Shown piece after piece: positions 47,200-57,668 of a DNA stretch of 64,000 nt. Numbering within the stretch: position 1 is the first letter of the stretch; every line of letters starts with the position of its first letter. The position numbers and the translations under genes were made by a program. The notes under the pieces are model-generated. The model was not told the DNA's origin and did no database searches. It saw nothing but the letters and a program-made list of their open reading frames with translations. The stretch covers positions 19,840,001 to 19,904,000 of the forward strand of contig CM060732.1 in the NCBI GenBank assembly GCA_030704615.1, given 5' to 3'. The DNA is from Takakia lepidozioides (Eukaryota > Plantae > Bryophyta).

Positions 47200-47545
47200 T
47201 AATGATTCGTTGTTGAAAAAGCTGAGTGATCACGCTTTGGAATCGCTCAGCCAACATGGGTGATGGGCCCTGCCCTCCCTGAGCAATTGGCCCCTCATAA
47301 GCATAAGCTGAGGTGGGTAACTCCAGATCACTCCTCATGAACCAGACTTGGTGACTGTCACTGGATGAAGGAGTCCAGAATCCTTCAGAAGTCAAGCTTG
47401 CTGATGGTTTGGAAGCGACACATTTCGTCCTTGCAGATCTCAGAGGGAGAGGCAAGAAGGCGGTTTGTCGGAGCTGGTGCTGAATTGAGCTGCAAATCCT
47501 GGGACTAACCAGAACCAAAGGCTTCACAAGCAACGCATGCGCCAT
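47200..47545 (-). pseudogene. CLPP5: Captured 5' fragment of chloroplast Clp protease subunit ClpP5
   Basis: MAHA..transit-like..GFWTP..VWFMRSDLELPTS..AQGGQGPSPMLAERFQSVITQLFQQRII matches the recalled plant ClpP5 N-terminus; similarity ends before the catalytic domain. Confidence 0.8.
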
Positions 47546-48277
47546 GGATTCCCGAGAGATGCCGAAGCATGTTGTTTGTAGTCTCTAGGTCGCTCAGCTT
47601 GAGAGAGGTTGAGTGGACAACCTTTAAGAGCAAGGAGCTGGTAGGAGCTGACTGAGCAGAACCAGGAGCTGGTAGGAGCTGACGGAGCAGAACCAGGAGC
47701 AGGCATCTCTGCTGCATGGCTTTGGAGATTGACGAGCATGCAAGCTGCTCATGCGCAACCCTTTGATCAGGTTTTTGATCGGCCGAATCGGCCAACACCC
47801 CACACCACCTCCTTGTTCCTGCTTGCTCGCGCAGGCTTGGCCATCGCTGCCCTCGTCTGCGTCCGTCTTGCTTCTCTCCCTGGGCAATGACGAACATGAA
47901 GTCCCGTGAGAGCAAAGACCCGGAGTCAGCATAGTCGGGGAACGGCCTCGGGAACCCGTAGATAACCTGGGAACAGGTTGTAATGACGAGAACGTTTGGG
48001 TGTTAAAAAAATAAAATAAAATCTTTTGATCTAATTTAAAGGATTTAGAGCCTAATTGGTCATATCTTTGTCAAATGGACTCTGTTTGACCCAGTTTTTG
48101 GGGGGATAGCTGCAGAAAGGGGAAATCTACCTATCTAAACCTGGTTTCTGCTTTGGGGACTCTGCTAAAAATCTATGGAATTTTTAGAGTGTGAGAGTGT
48201 CATGAAAGATCCACAATCCTGTCTCTAGAACCTGTGCTGGTCTATATGAGAGACAAATTGGTGGATGTACTCCATGC

Positions 48278-49027
48278 ATGGCTGGGGGAAATGAGGACGT
48301 AATTGAAGGGCAGGTCTCTTCTCTTAGTCTGTGCACACAAGGGGACACGATTTATGTTTCCCAAGGAACTCAGACTGATTTGAGTAGAGAACAGTTGGAC
48401 GAGTTGATTGCATACTGGGAGTCAGGCATTAGCAGTAGACAACAGACTGTTGTAGTTGGCATTGAGGGCCTCAATATCGCCTTGGACAGTCAGAACTCTG
48501 TTGGAGCCAGCAGTTCTGCAGCTGTAGGTGAAATACCAAAGTGGGTGAAAGCTAGGCTTGGAACACAGCCAAAGACAGCCCCGGGGACCAAGGTGTTCAG
48601 CCACAAGGCCGTGGTGTACTGGAGCAGAGGAGCAGGAGCTGCACAAGTTTGTGCAATTAGACAGTGTTGCAGTCGGACACGCTCTGCACAAGGCAACCAC
48701 GAGCGGGGGTTCATTAGCGAGGACAAGTTTGTTCTGTTTGAAGGCGATGCAGTCATTCGCAATGAAGACACCCGCAATCGTCTCAAAGCTTTCGAGTTGA
48801 GAGACTATCAGACCCTACCTTTGTTTTCTTTAGTGTTCAGTGAGCGGGAGATAGCAGAGTGTTGCTTTGTCTCTACCTGGCAGAAAGAGGAGGAGGGTTG
48901 GTTAGAGCGAGCTACTGTAGCTTGGGACAAGGTTAGTGGCAGGTTTCTGGACATAGATATACCTCCTACACCTTACCATCAAGCAGAGCGAGGCACTTTG
49001 AGAGAAGTCTGGAAGTTGATAGCATAG
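48278..49027 (+). CDS. Pre-gag accessory ORF of unknown function (249 aa)
   Basis: Intact ATG-initiated ORF upstream of gag, same strand. Confidence 0.6.
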   Translation: MAGGNEDVIEGQVSSLSLCTQGDTIYVSQGTQTDLSREQLDELIAYWESGISSRQQTVVVGIEGLNIALDSQNSVGASSSAAVGEIPKWVKARLGTQPKTAPGTKVFSHKAVVYWSRGAGAAQVCAIRQCCSRTRSAQGNHERGFISEDKFVLFEGDAVIRNEDTRNRLKAFELRDYQTLPLFSLVFSEREIAECCFVSTWQKEEEGWLERATVAWDKVSGRFLDIDIPPTPYHQAERGTLREVWKLIA

Positions 49028-49546
49028 ATCAGGATTAGATCTTGCTTGGGCGGGCTTCTATTCTTCCCCTCCATCTCTGTACTATTTTCATTACCTTGTA
49101 CTTGTAGTTGCCAAAGCCTCTCTTGGTGGAGGCCAGTCAGTCCGGGGTTTTGGGCTGGGATATTCTGCAGGATCAGCGTTGCTGCTGGATTTTGGTGTGG
49201 GGGTGTTGATGTTTTGATTTCTTGTGTTTGGATCCCCCCCAACACCTGCATGCTTGACTGTGCGCCATGTTGGTTTTGTGTGGGCGCTTGCTTTCATAGG
49301 GATTAGGCCGGATTTGATCACCGGTCAATCCTAGAGTATGCTGTCGGTGGTGAGGCTGGAGTGATGACCAGCAAGACCACCAGTGTTTCTTCTATGGTGA
49401 GGCTGGGTTGATGACCAGCCAACCATAGGAGTTCTTGCGGTGGATGCAGGTGCAGGTGCCCTGAGCCATTGGGATATGACCCTTAGACTGCAACAGGTGC
49501 CCACCCGTGTCACTATTAGATTAGTACTAGAGCCTTATAGTGTCAC

Positions 49547-52500
49547 GTGGAGGAGGTGCACATTGTGAGTGTCATTACGGAGTTACCCAAGGGTTTTGAG
49601 GGGAGTACGGCTACAAGCAGTGACAGTGAGAGTGGGGTCACAAGACGAGGTATTCGGTTCAGACCACCTTCACCGCCACCCTCAACTACTGTAGAGTCAG
49701 ACACAGACTCGGAGGCTTCATCAACAGGTGTGCACTTTCATTCGCCATTGTTGTGGGACGACATGGAGGAGATGTATGGAGCTACCAAGGGGCCTCGTAG
49801 GTACTCTGGAGCTGTGGGCACAATCGAGTTGGATGACTTTATCCAGGAGTTCGACAGCTGGTGTGATTTGCAGCAGATGCGCAATCCACAGCTATTCACC
49901 CCATTCATGGCGTGGAAGGGACTGTTCCAGCATTTGGAAGGCCCGCCTATGGACGATTACCACGAGTTCAGGCGAGGACATGAAGCAGAGATTGAGGAGT
50001 GGAGGATGTATTGGTCACCTGACTACGTCTCCATTACTCGAGGCACGACGCGACCAGTAGCTGCATCAGTACCAATAGCTCCCACTGCCAGCACTAGTAG
50101 TGGAGCAAGTAGTGCTGGTACTTCTGAGGTGGTACCAGTTCAAAAGGTGCTACTCTCCTGCCACGACTACAACACATTGCCTAGATTCAACCCGGTGGTG
50201 GAGTTCTTCCAGGAGTTGCGGAGGAACTACCAAGGTGTACGGACAGAGAAGCTGCGAAGTTTGCAAGACTTCCAGCGCAAACCCAGTGAGAGCCTGCGAG
50301 AGGCGTACACTCGTATGAGGCGCTTGATAAGTGTGACCCAAGGGGTTACTGAAGCTCAGGCAATCCAGTTTTGGTATGGAATTCTGGACAAGGAGCTCAA
50401 GAGAAGGGTGCGAGATGCAACCCTGTTACAAGCAGCCCAACCCACATTAGCAGATGTGTTTCTGCTGGCTGAGCGGATTGAGCTCAACATGGTGGAGGAG
50501 CGAGTTGTTACAATTGGATTTGGCAAGGACATGCCTGTACGGGGCACAGCTGTCAGCCCACAAGCACAAGGGACTGCCCAACAGCGTGGTCAGGGGGGCA
50601 AGGTTGCCCAGCCCAAGTTCCATGGAGCTTACAGGGGACCTCAGGTGCAGAGGCCCGTGGCATCTTTTGCAGGCCAACAGCAACCAGGGGTGATATGTTG
50701 GACATGTGGAGGACCCCATGTCAAGAGAGATTGCCCAGAGAGTGGCAGAAGGCCGGCACAAGCACAGCCTGCACAGTTGCAGTGTGGGCATTGTGGCAAG
50801 TATGGGCATGGAGATGCCCAGTGTTATGACTTGCATCCTGAGTTGCGCCCAGGCCAGTTCCAAGGGAACAATGGTGGCCGGGGGCGAGGTGGACCAGCCC
50901 AAAGAGGACGAGGTGGTCGGGCACGAGGTGCAGGCCAAGGGCAACCTCCACATGGCCAAGGACGCGGAGGTCAGGGTGTTGACCAAGGCATGGCCAATCG
51001 GCTTCAGCAGCTAGAGCAGAGGCTCGCTGCCATGGCTATAGCTCAGGCGGTACCGGCTCCCAGGCGGGATGGCCCACCTCCTGCTCCTGAGGGAGGAGAT
51101 ATGGGCGGAATGGGATTCATGTGCGGAGCAGCACTACCATTAGAGCAGGTGGAGTCTGCTGCAGCCGTGACTCGAGGAGCAACACGAGTTCCTGAGCCAC
51201 GAGGTGCAGAGGTGGAGTTGGATCCACAACGTGGGGAGGCAAGCCGTCAGGCAAGGCTGCCTCAGTCATTCACCTTGGCGGAGACAGTGTCAACGCCATC
51301 CATGGCACCTAGTTCTCGCCCGACTGTTACCGAGGCGGAGGTTACTATGCCATTGGGAAGAGCTACACGTGCAGCACTGACACCTACTACCAAGGCTAGT
51401 GCAGCCGGTGTGTTATTGGGAGCAGCCACCTCTGTGTGTCAAGCCCCACTGTTCTCGGCGACCATGATTGCGACGCCGGGAGTGAGACCAGCTGCAGTGT
51501 TCAGACTAGCAGCAACACTCTGCGAGAGTGGAGAGGTCACTTCATCTTCTGCGGAGTTAGTGGAAGGTGTAGTGGCAGAGGGATCCTCGGATTTGAGGGT
51601 CAAGACTGCCACGGCAGCGCCCTGGCAAGCTGCAGCTGCCAGATTGACGGAGCTGCCAGCTAGGCCAGCCTTTGAGCGCGCCATGGTGACACCTGGAGTT
51701 GTCTTGTTAGACAACCAGGGAGGCATTTTCACTTTGAGTGGACCGGCAGGCAAGAAGTACCGGCCACTGCGGGTCTTGTTGGACTCAGGAGCTCAGCCAC
51801 TGATGTTGGGCAGAGCTGCTATTGCAGGTTTGGGCCTCATGGAGGCGGATATGGAGCCTTGTCCTTTCCAGATACAGACATCTCTGGGAGGATCAGAGCA
51901 GGCTCGCGGCATGACACGGCATCAGTTGGCTATTAGACTGCAGCCGGATCATCCTGTAGATGGCTCAGTGATGCGAGCCAAGGCCATTGTGACAGACGCG
52001 GTCTCTTACGATGTCCTCGTTGGTGGGGCAGTGTTATACCCCATGGGCTTCACCCTGGATTTCTGGGAGGAGTCAGCATCCTACAGGCCTGGATGGCAGT
52101 CAGGGGATGGTCGCCGTGCACAGCTCCCTGTGACATTCATTGGGGGTATTGCAGCTGCTCAGCGGGGCAAGATGCCAACACTAGCCGCCTTCACAGCTGC
52201 AGTCAGCTGGCCTGGAGAGTTGCTGGAAGGCAATGCCCATGCAGAGGATGTGCCACCTCCAGCAGAGCAGGATGACATGCATGGTACGGCGGAGTTGCCT
52301 GCCATGGTTGCTCACACTCCGTTGTGGGGTACGAGCAAGGATTTGCAGCACGCTGCTGATGGACGGGTGCAACAAGCTTGGGTAGAAGCTTTTGTACCGT
52401 CAGGAGAGGAGGAGAGTGCGGTGATTGCACCAGGGCCACCTCAGTTGTCGCCATTGGACACCACACCTCTTGTGTGGCAGCGACCGGATGAAGGCATATG

Positions 52501-53743
52501 CCTTCTGGACTTATTTGGCGGGATCAGCACTGGATTGGCTGCAGTGCTGCAGGCAGGTGTACGAGTTCGACGTTACCTGTATGTGGAGAGGGATGAGACT
52601 GCACGACGCGTCTCACTGCGCCATGTTGCTCAGATGGTGCAGCAGCACCCTGAGTTGTTGCCGGTGTCTGCAGTTCGTGGATATCAGCAGGCCTTGCCAG
52701 CAGACATTGCGTTGCTGGGGGCGCAGGATTTGGAGCGGGTTGGCTCCATTGATCTGGTAGTGGCAGGTTGGCCCTGCCAAGGGCATTCATCAGCCGGGCA
52801 TGGCAATGGATTGCGAGACTCGAGGACGGGTCTGTTTTGGGAGATGGTGCGGATTTTGCGCCACTTGCAGCTTCATCAGGCTGTATCTCCGGCATACATC
52901 TTGGAGAATGTGCCACTGATGGGTGATTCTCGGGCCAGGGTGATGGCCAGTGTGCATCAAGTCCGGTCGTGGCTTGGGTCAGCAGTATTGCTGGATGCAG
53001 CTGCAGTGGGGTCACGGGCTCATCGTCCACGACTATGGTGGACTAACTTGATGCCACCCGCACTGCTCAAGCGTGCATTTGATGGGGTGCAGCGGCCAGC
53101 ACACCTCACCGTGGATGGCATTTTGGACACAGGAAGGCAGTCTCAACGTGTGAGACACGATGACCGTTCGCCTTTGGCAGTGGTCAACAGGGTGGGTCAA
53201 CCACGAGCAGCATTACCTACACTGCTCAGCTTCCCAGGATCCCATGCTTTTCGGGATGGTGGACCTGGCCTCCTGTGGGATGCTCAGTTGCAGCAGTTAG
53301 TGGAGCCTAATGCCGACGAGCGAGAGCGGGCTATGGGGTTTTCCACTGGGACCACGGCGGTGCCTTCTCTTTCTGAGGCATCACGTCGTCAGGTGTTGGG
53401 GCAAGCAATGGATCTCAATTGCTTGACCTGGATTGTCAGCTTGGCTATGGCTGAGCAACGTAGAGTGCGGAGTGCACTTCCCTTGATGGTCTCTCTGCCT
53501 ACCGAGACGGTACAGGCAGCGAGTGGGGGCGAGCCGGTGAGGACCACGAGGTGTAGACATCCATGGCACATGTGGGAGGTGCTCGAGGTTCAGAGGGAGT
53601 TGGCAGCGAAGGCAGCTGTGATGGATGAGGTTGGGGATTCTTCTCGGGATGAGGAGGTTCTCAATGATGAGATGATGGGGCAGGATGAGGCCTTGTCATT
53701 GACTGAGCAGGAAGGGGGTACTGCTCAAGAGGTTGCAGCATAG
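49547..53743 (+). CDS. Gag-aspartic protease-DNMT3-like C5 cytosine methyltransferase polyprotein (start codon uncertain)
   Basis: Gag QRKPSESLREAYTRM; knuckles CWTCGGPHVKRDC and CGHCGKYGHGDAQC; protease LLDSGAQ; MTase (~52496-53440) motifs LDLFGGISTG, YVERD, DLVVAGWPCQG, ILENV, AHRPRLWWTN, ERERAMGF, RRQVLGQAM. Confidence 0.92.
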   Translation: MEEVHIVSVITELPKGFEGSTATSSDSESGVTRRGIRFRPPSPPPSTTVESDTDSEASSTGVHFHSPLLWDDMEEMYGATKGPRRYSGAVGTIELDDFIQEFDSWCDLQQMRNPQLFTPFMAWKGLFQHLEGPPMDDYHEFRRGHEAEIEEWRMYWSPDYVSITRGTTRPVAASVPIAPTASTSSGASSAGTSEVVPVQKVLLSCHDYNTLPRFNPVVEFFQELRRNYQGVRTEKLRSLQDFQRKPSESLREAYTRMRRLISVTQGVTEAQAIQFWYGILDKELKRRVRDATLLQAAQPTLADVFLLAERIELNMVEERVVTIGFGKDMPVRGTAVSPQAQGTAQQRGQGGKVAQPKFHGAYRGPQVQRPVASFAGQQQPGVICWTCGGPHVKRDCPESGRRPAQAQPAQLQCGHCGKYGHGDAQCYDLHPELRPGQFQGNNGGRGRGGPAQRGRGGRARGAGQGQPPHGQGRGGQGVDQGMANRLQQLEQRLAAMAIAQAVPAPRRDGPPPAPEGGDMGGMGFMCGAALPLEQVESAAAVTRGATRVPEPRGAEVELDPQRGEASRQARLPQSFTLAETVSTPSMAPSSRPTVTEAEVTMPLGRATRAALTPTTKASAAGVLLGAATSVCQAPLFSATMIATPGVRPAAVFRLAATLCESGEVTSSSAELVEGVVAEGSSDLRVKTATAAPWQAAAARLTELPARPAFERAMVTPGVVLLDNQGGIFTLSGPAGKKYRPLRVLLDSGAQPLMLGRAAIAGLGLMEADMEPCPFQIQTSLGGSEQARGMTRHQLAIRLQPDHPVDGSVMRAKAIVTDAVSYDVLVGGAVLYPMGFTLDFWEESASYRPGWQSGDGRRAQLPVTFIGGIAAAQRGKMPTLAAFTAAVSWPGELLEGNAHAEDVPPPAEQDDMHGTAELPAMVAHTPLWGTSKDLQHAADGRVQQAWVEAFVPSGEEESAVIAPGPPQLSPLDTTPLVWQRPDEGICLLDLFGGISTGLAAVLQAGVRVRRYLYVERDETARRVSLRHVAQMVQQHPELLPVSAVRGYQQALPADIALLGAQDLERVGSIDLVVAGWPCQGHSSAGHGNGLRDSRTGLFWEMVRILRHLQLHQAVSPAYILENVPLMGDSRARVMASVHQVRSWLGSAVLLDAAAVGSRAHRPRLWWTNLMPPALLKRAFDGVQRPAHLTVDGILDTGRQSQRVRHDDRSPLAVVNRVGQPRAALPTLLSFPGSHAFRDGGPGLLWDAQLQQLVEPNADERERAMGFSTGTTAVPSLSEASRRQVLGQAMDLNCLTWIVSLAMAEQRRVRSALPLMVSLPTETVQAASGGEPVRTTRCRHPWHMWEVLEVQRELAAKAAVMDEVGDSSRDEEVLNDEMMGQDEALSLTEQEGGTAQEVAA

Positions 53744-56700
53744 CAACCACGGGACGCGTCCTCTACCTCTAAGCCCACTGGACTTAAGGTTGCAGTTACG
53801 GAGGACAATTGGGAGCCTGATATTGGACCCATTGTCACCGGAGGAGAGAGACGACGTATACGGCGGTTCCTGAGGGCTTACAGGAATTGCTTTGCCTTCA
53901 GTTTGAAGGACTTGGGAGCACTGAAGGGTCAAGAGATCCGTATTGAGTTGGCCACTGACACGCCAATCTTTCGGAGACCCTATAGATACAGTGACATGGA
54001 GAGGTCTTTGATTCAGATGAGGACTCAAGATCTCTGGGAGGCAGGTTTGGTGGAGCTCTCTGGTGGAGAGTATGCTTCAGCCACAGTGATGCCAGCTAAG
54101 AAGGATGTCTATGGCAATTGGACGGAGAGACGTATGTGCGGTGATTACCGGCCTGTAAATCGTCAGACCAAGTCCGATAGGTATGCCATGCCAACACCAG
54201 AGGAGATCTTTGATGCCATTGGGCATTCCAAGGTCTTTAGCACGTTGGATTTACGATCCGGATATCACCAGTTGCCGATCAAGGAGGCGGATAAGCAAAA
54301 GACGGCATTCTGGGGGATCAATGAGCACGGGAAGGATTGCCTATACCAGTGGCGGTTCTTACCATTTGGGCTTAAAAACGCTCCCGCTGAGTTTCAAAGA
54401 GTCATGGACAGGATTCTAGCAGGGGTGGAGTTTGCTCGGTGCTACATAGATGACATCATCATCTTTAGTGCTACGGTGGAGGAGCATGAGAGACACCTTC
54501 AGGGGGTATTTGAGCGCTTGAGGACGCACGGATTGAAGTTACATCCGGGCAAGTGCAAGTTTTTCCACAACCAGATTGAGTATCTGGGTCACATGATATA
54601 TCCTGGAGGATTGGGGGTACAGCAGACTAAGGTAGAGTCCATTGCACAGGTTCCACGCCCCACGGATGTGAGCCGAGTTCGAGCTTTCATGGGGTTAGCA
54701 AACTATTACAGACGGTTTGTTAAGGGATTTAGTGCCATTGCAAAGGCTCTAACCAAGCTGACCAAGGTGGACCAGGAGTGGCAGTGGGAAGATGAGCAAG
54801 AACAAGCTTTTCAAGAGCTCAAGGCGAGGTTGACCTCGGCGCCCATCTTGAGACGACCTATCAGGGGGCGTCCTTTTCAGCTGCATACAGATTGGAGCAT
54901 GCTGGGGCTTGGAGCGGTGCTCACACAGGTGGATGATGAGGGAAGAGAGTTCGTAGTGGCTTATGCTAGCCGCTCGAACAATGCTGCAGAGTCTAAGTAT
55001 AGCTCATATGAGGGAGAATGCTTAGCTGCAGTGTGGGCCGTGGCACACTTCAGGTGCTATTTATACGGCAATCTCTTCACCCTTGTCACGGATCACCAAC
55101 CACTCAAGTGGTTGATGGAGTCAGACAAGCTTACGGGGAAGCTTGCACGGTGGGCACTCATCCTTCAAGAGTATGACTTTCAGGTGGTGCATCGACCGGG
55201 TTTGGTCAATCGAAATGCAGATGGGTTGAGTCGCAATCCATGCACGAGCCAGCAGGATGACACTGGAGCTCGGTGGCATGGTGAGACGGACGAGGAGATG
55301 GTGCCCGGATGGCATGCATCTGCATTTCTGTGTATCTTGGCAGCGGAAGGCCAGGTTGGACCTACAACAGGGATGACTGTAGATCAAGTGTCTGAGGACC
55401 CTGAGGCCAGCAATGAGCAGGGTGGCGCCAAAGATATACATGAGGATTCAGTTGTGTTGGACTACCTCCGCAGTGGAGACACGGCAGCCACTATGACTGC
55501 CAAGGAGAGGGATCGGATCCTACAACGAGCCAAGAGGTTCAGGTGGGAGGGGACACACCTGCTCCGAGTGTGGGAGGATGGTCGAGTGAGGATTGTGCCT
55601 CACCCAACACAGCGGGCACGGTTAGTGCGGCATGCCCATGAGGAGTTGGGGCATTTTGGGGTGCGACGCACTCATAGTCTACTGCAGGGGCAGTATTGGT
55701 GGCGTGGTATGCACACAGAGGTGCAACAATTTGTGGCTAGGTGCATGGTGTGTGACAGGGTGCGTGCTTCATTCAACGCCCCTACTCCACAATTGCACCC
55801 TCTTCCGATCATGGGATTGGGCTACAGGTGGAGTCTTGACTTCGCAGGGCCGTTGCCACTGACCATGCGCCACAACAAGTACGTGTTGGTGATGGTGGAG
55901 CACTTCTCCAAGTGGATTGAATTGGTTCCATTGCCTGATAAGGCTAGTGAGGGAGCTGCGTATGCATTCCTGGATTGTGTGCTTAGCCGATTCGGTGCTC
56001 CAGCTGAGGTACTCACGGACCAAGGGAGAGAGTTCTTGGGGGAGTTTCAGGCTTTGTGTGACAAGGCCTTGATAGACCACCGCACCACTTCTCGGGATCA
56101 TCCTGAAGCCGATGGCTTGGCAGAGAGAGTTGTTCAGACAGTAAAGAGGGGTTTGCGCAAGTATGGCTTGCAGAAGGGACACCTAGGAGATTGGGACCTT
56201 CAGTTACCCTGGTTAGCCATGGGCTACAGGTTCAGCAAGCAAGCATCACTTGCCTCCTTCTCACCATACTTTCTTCTCTTTGGCCGAGAGCCGGATTTGC
56301 CTACATCCATTCGCAGAGAAGCTGCTACAGTTCTTAACCTTGACGATCCGGACGTGTGGGCACGTGCATGTGAGCAGCGTGCAGAGTTGTTCAAGAGAGT
56401 CATGCCTATGGCTTTCGAGAACCTTGCCATTGCACAACACCGTGATACGTTGAGGTATGCTACCATACGTGGTGGGGGCTATCGTCCTGGGGTTCGGAGA
56501 TTCAACCCTGGTGACTATGTCTATCTGCAGCAGACTGCTCCTACGACCCTGGATGTGACTGCAGGACGTGTTATTTTGAGGGTTCGAGAGGTCTTGCCCT
56601 CAGGCGTCTTGGTCTTGGAGGGTCGGGATGGCATCACTTGGAAGGACCATGTGCGTAATTGTGCGCCATGTCACCTTCCGAATGTCGATGGCAGGATTGA

Positions 56701-56878
56701 CCCAAACCTGGCAGTGGTATCTGCAGGTTTGAGGTGCATGTTGTGTGGGTCTGCTAAAGGGGCAGCCACCATGCTGGTATGTGATCGGTGCTCTAGAGGT
56801 TGGCATATGGGATGCTTGACTCCACCTCTTGAGATGGTTCCGGATGGGGATTGGTTATGTCCACATTGCATTGGATAG
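53744..56878 (+). CDS. RT-RNase H-integrase-PHD finger, in frame with the upstream ORF after a single TAG
   Basis: LDLRSGYHQ, LPFGLKNAP, YIDDII; HTDWS..YSSYEGECLA..TDHQPL; HEELGHF..CMVC, WSLDFAGP, TDQGREF, GLAERVVQ; PHD CMLC..LVCDRC..WHMGCL.PPL..VP.GDWLCPHC. 53744-53902 is open and in frame. Confidence 0.93.
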   Translation, partial: QPRDASSTSKPTGLKVAVTEDNWEPDIGPIVTGGERRRIRRFLRAYRNCFAFSLKDLGALKGQEIRIELATDTPIFRRPYRYSDMERSLIQMRTQDLWEAGLVELSGGEYASATVMPAKKDVYGNWTERRMCGDYRPVNRQTKSDRYAMPTPEEIFDAIGHSKVFSTLDLRSGYHQLPIKEADKQKTAFWGINEHGKDCLYQWRFLPFGLKNAPAEFQRVMDRILAGVEFARCYIDDIIIFSATVEEHERHLQGVFERLRTHGLKLHPGKCKFFHNQIEYLGHMIYPGGLGVQQTKVESIAQVPRPTDVSRVRAFMGLANYYRRFVKGFSAIAKALTKLTKVDQEWQWEDEQEQAFQELKARLTSAPILRRPIRGRPFQLHTDWSMLGLGAVLTQVDDEGREFVVAYASRSNNAAESKYSSYEGECLAAVWAVAHFRCYLYGNLFTLVTDHQPLKWLMESDKLTGKLARWALILQEYDFQVVHRPGLVNRNADGLSRNPCTSQQDDTGARWHGETDEEMVPGWHASAFLCILAAEGQVGPTTGMTVDQVSEDPEASNEQGGAKDIHEDSVVLDYLRSGDTAATMTAKERDRILQRAKRFRWEGTHLLRVWEDGRVRIVPHPTQRARLVRHAHEELGHFGVRRTHSLLQGQYWWRGMHTEVQQFVARCMVCDRVRASFNAPTPQLHPLPIMGLGYRWSLDFAGPLPLTMRHNKYVLVMVEHFSKWIELVPLPDKASEGAAYAFLDCVLSRFGAPAEVLTDQGREFLGEFQALCDKALIDHRTTSRDHPEADGLAERVVQTVKRGLRKYGLQKGHLGDWDLQLPWLAMGYRFSKQASLASFSPYFLLFGREPDLPTSIRREAATVLNLDDPDVWARACEQRAELFKRVMPMAFENLAIAQHRDTLRYATIRGGGYRPGVRRFNPGDYVYLQQTAPTTLDVTAGRVILRVREVLPSGVLVLEGRDGITWKDHVRNCAPCHLPNVDGRIDPNLAVVSAGLRCMLCGSAKGAATMLVCDRCSRGWHMGCLTPPLEMVPDGDWLCPHCIG

Positions 56879-57126
56879 TGGGAGTGGATACAACCATGGA
56901 GGCTAACAAGAAACGCAAGGCCCAGCTACTAGGAGACCTTGAACACACGAGATCTTGGCTCAAGTTCATAGATTGCAAGACGGCGACTAACGATGGGGCT
57001 ACTCTTGTACCCGGCCTCTTGGTTGATAGAGTTTGAGCACGATAAAGACAGTGATAGAGGACTTAGTACGGCTGTGGCTATTACATCTTGTAGCTATCTG
57101 GAGGTAGAGGGACCTATCCACCAGCT

Positions 57127-57136
57127 AGGGGGGCGA
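57127..57136 (+). promoter_or_regulatory. Polypurine tract
   Basis: AGGGGGGCGA immediately before repeat B1. Confidence 0.65.
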
Positions 57137-57137
57137 T

Positions 57138-57668
57138 TGTGCTAGACTACTTTATTGTGCATATATGTGTGGTGTGGTTTGGACAGCGATGTAGTTGTGT
57201 AGCGATATGTATGCGCACGACAGCTGTCAAGTTAAATAAGCACAGTGTGAAAACAGCTAGAATAAAACTAGTTATTTGTATTTAACACTTGGATTTAGGT
57301 CAAGTGTTAAATCAGGTGTCAAGTTTAGTTTTGACACCTGGTCTGTCTTATCTTCACGAGAGCGGCAGTCGCGCAGCTCATCTCTCTCGAGTTGAGCCTG
57401 CGCGACCGAGCTCCTGCATCGTTTAGGACTGAGTGTGCTCATGATGGGAGTGTAGGTTGTTGTGGGGTGGAGTCCCCATAGCTTGGGGTGCCCCTGGCTC
57501 GACTTCTGTTTTAAAGAGTGATAGCGATGGATTTCATATTTCTTGTGTTGGGAGTGTGTGTGTCCTTTTAGCTTTCTTATCATTGTGCTAGACTACTTTA
57601 TTGTGCATATATGTGTGGTGTGGTCTGGACAGCGATGTAGTTGTGTAGCGATATGTATGCGCACGACA
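57138..57668 (+). repeat. Right-end repeats B1 (57138-57222), GC, A2 (57225-57582), T, B2 (57584-57668)
   Basis: B1 and B2 are 85 bp with one mismatch; A2 matches A1. Confidence 0.95.

Larger units (their letters stand above)
45736..57668 (+). mobile_element. Young Ty3/Gypsy retrotransposon with C5 DNA methyltransferase and PHD finger; split terminal repeats A...B-A-B
   Basis: Ends TGTC...GACA; 4-bp direct repeat CAGA at 45732-45735 and 57669-57672; host intron continuous across the insertion; long intact ORFs. Confidence 0.93.

Noticed and set aside
46094-49546. A tyrosine recombinase that would make the A...BAB element a DIRS/PAT/Ngaro type
   Set aside because: No R-H-R-Y motif pattern recognised in any ORF; the element has a complete DDE integrase, TG...CA ends and a TSD.
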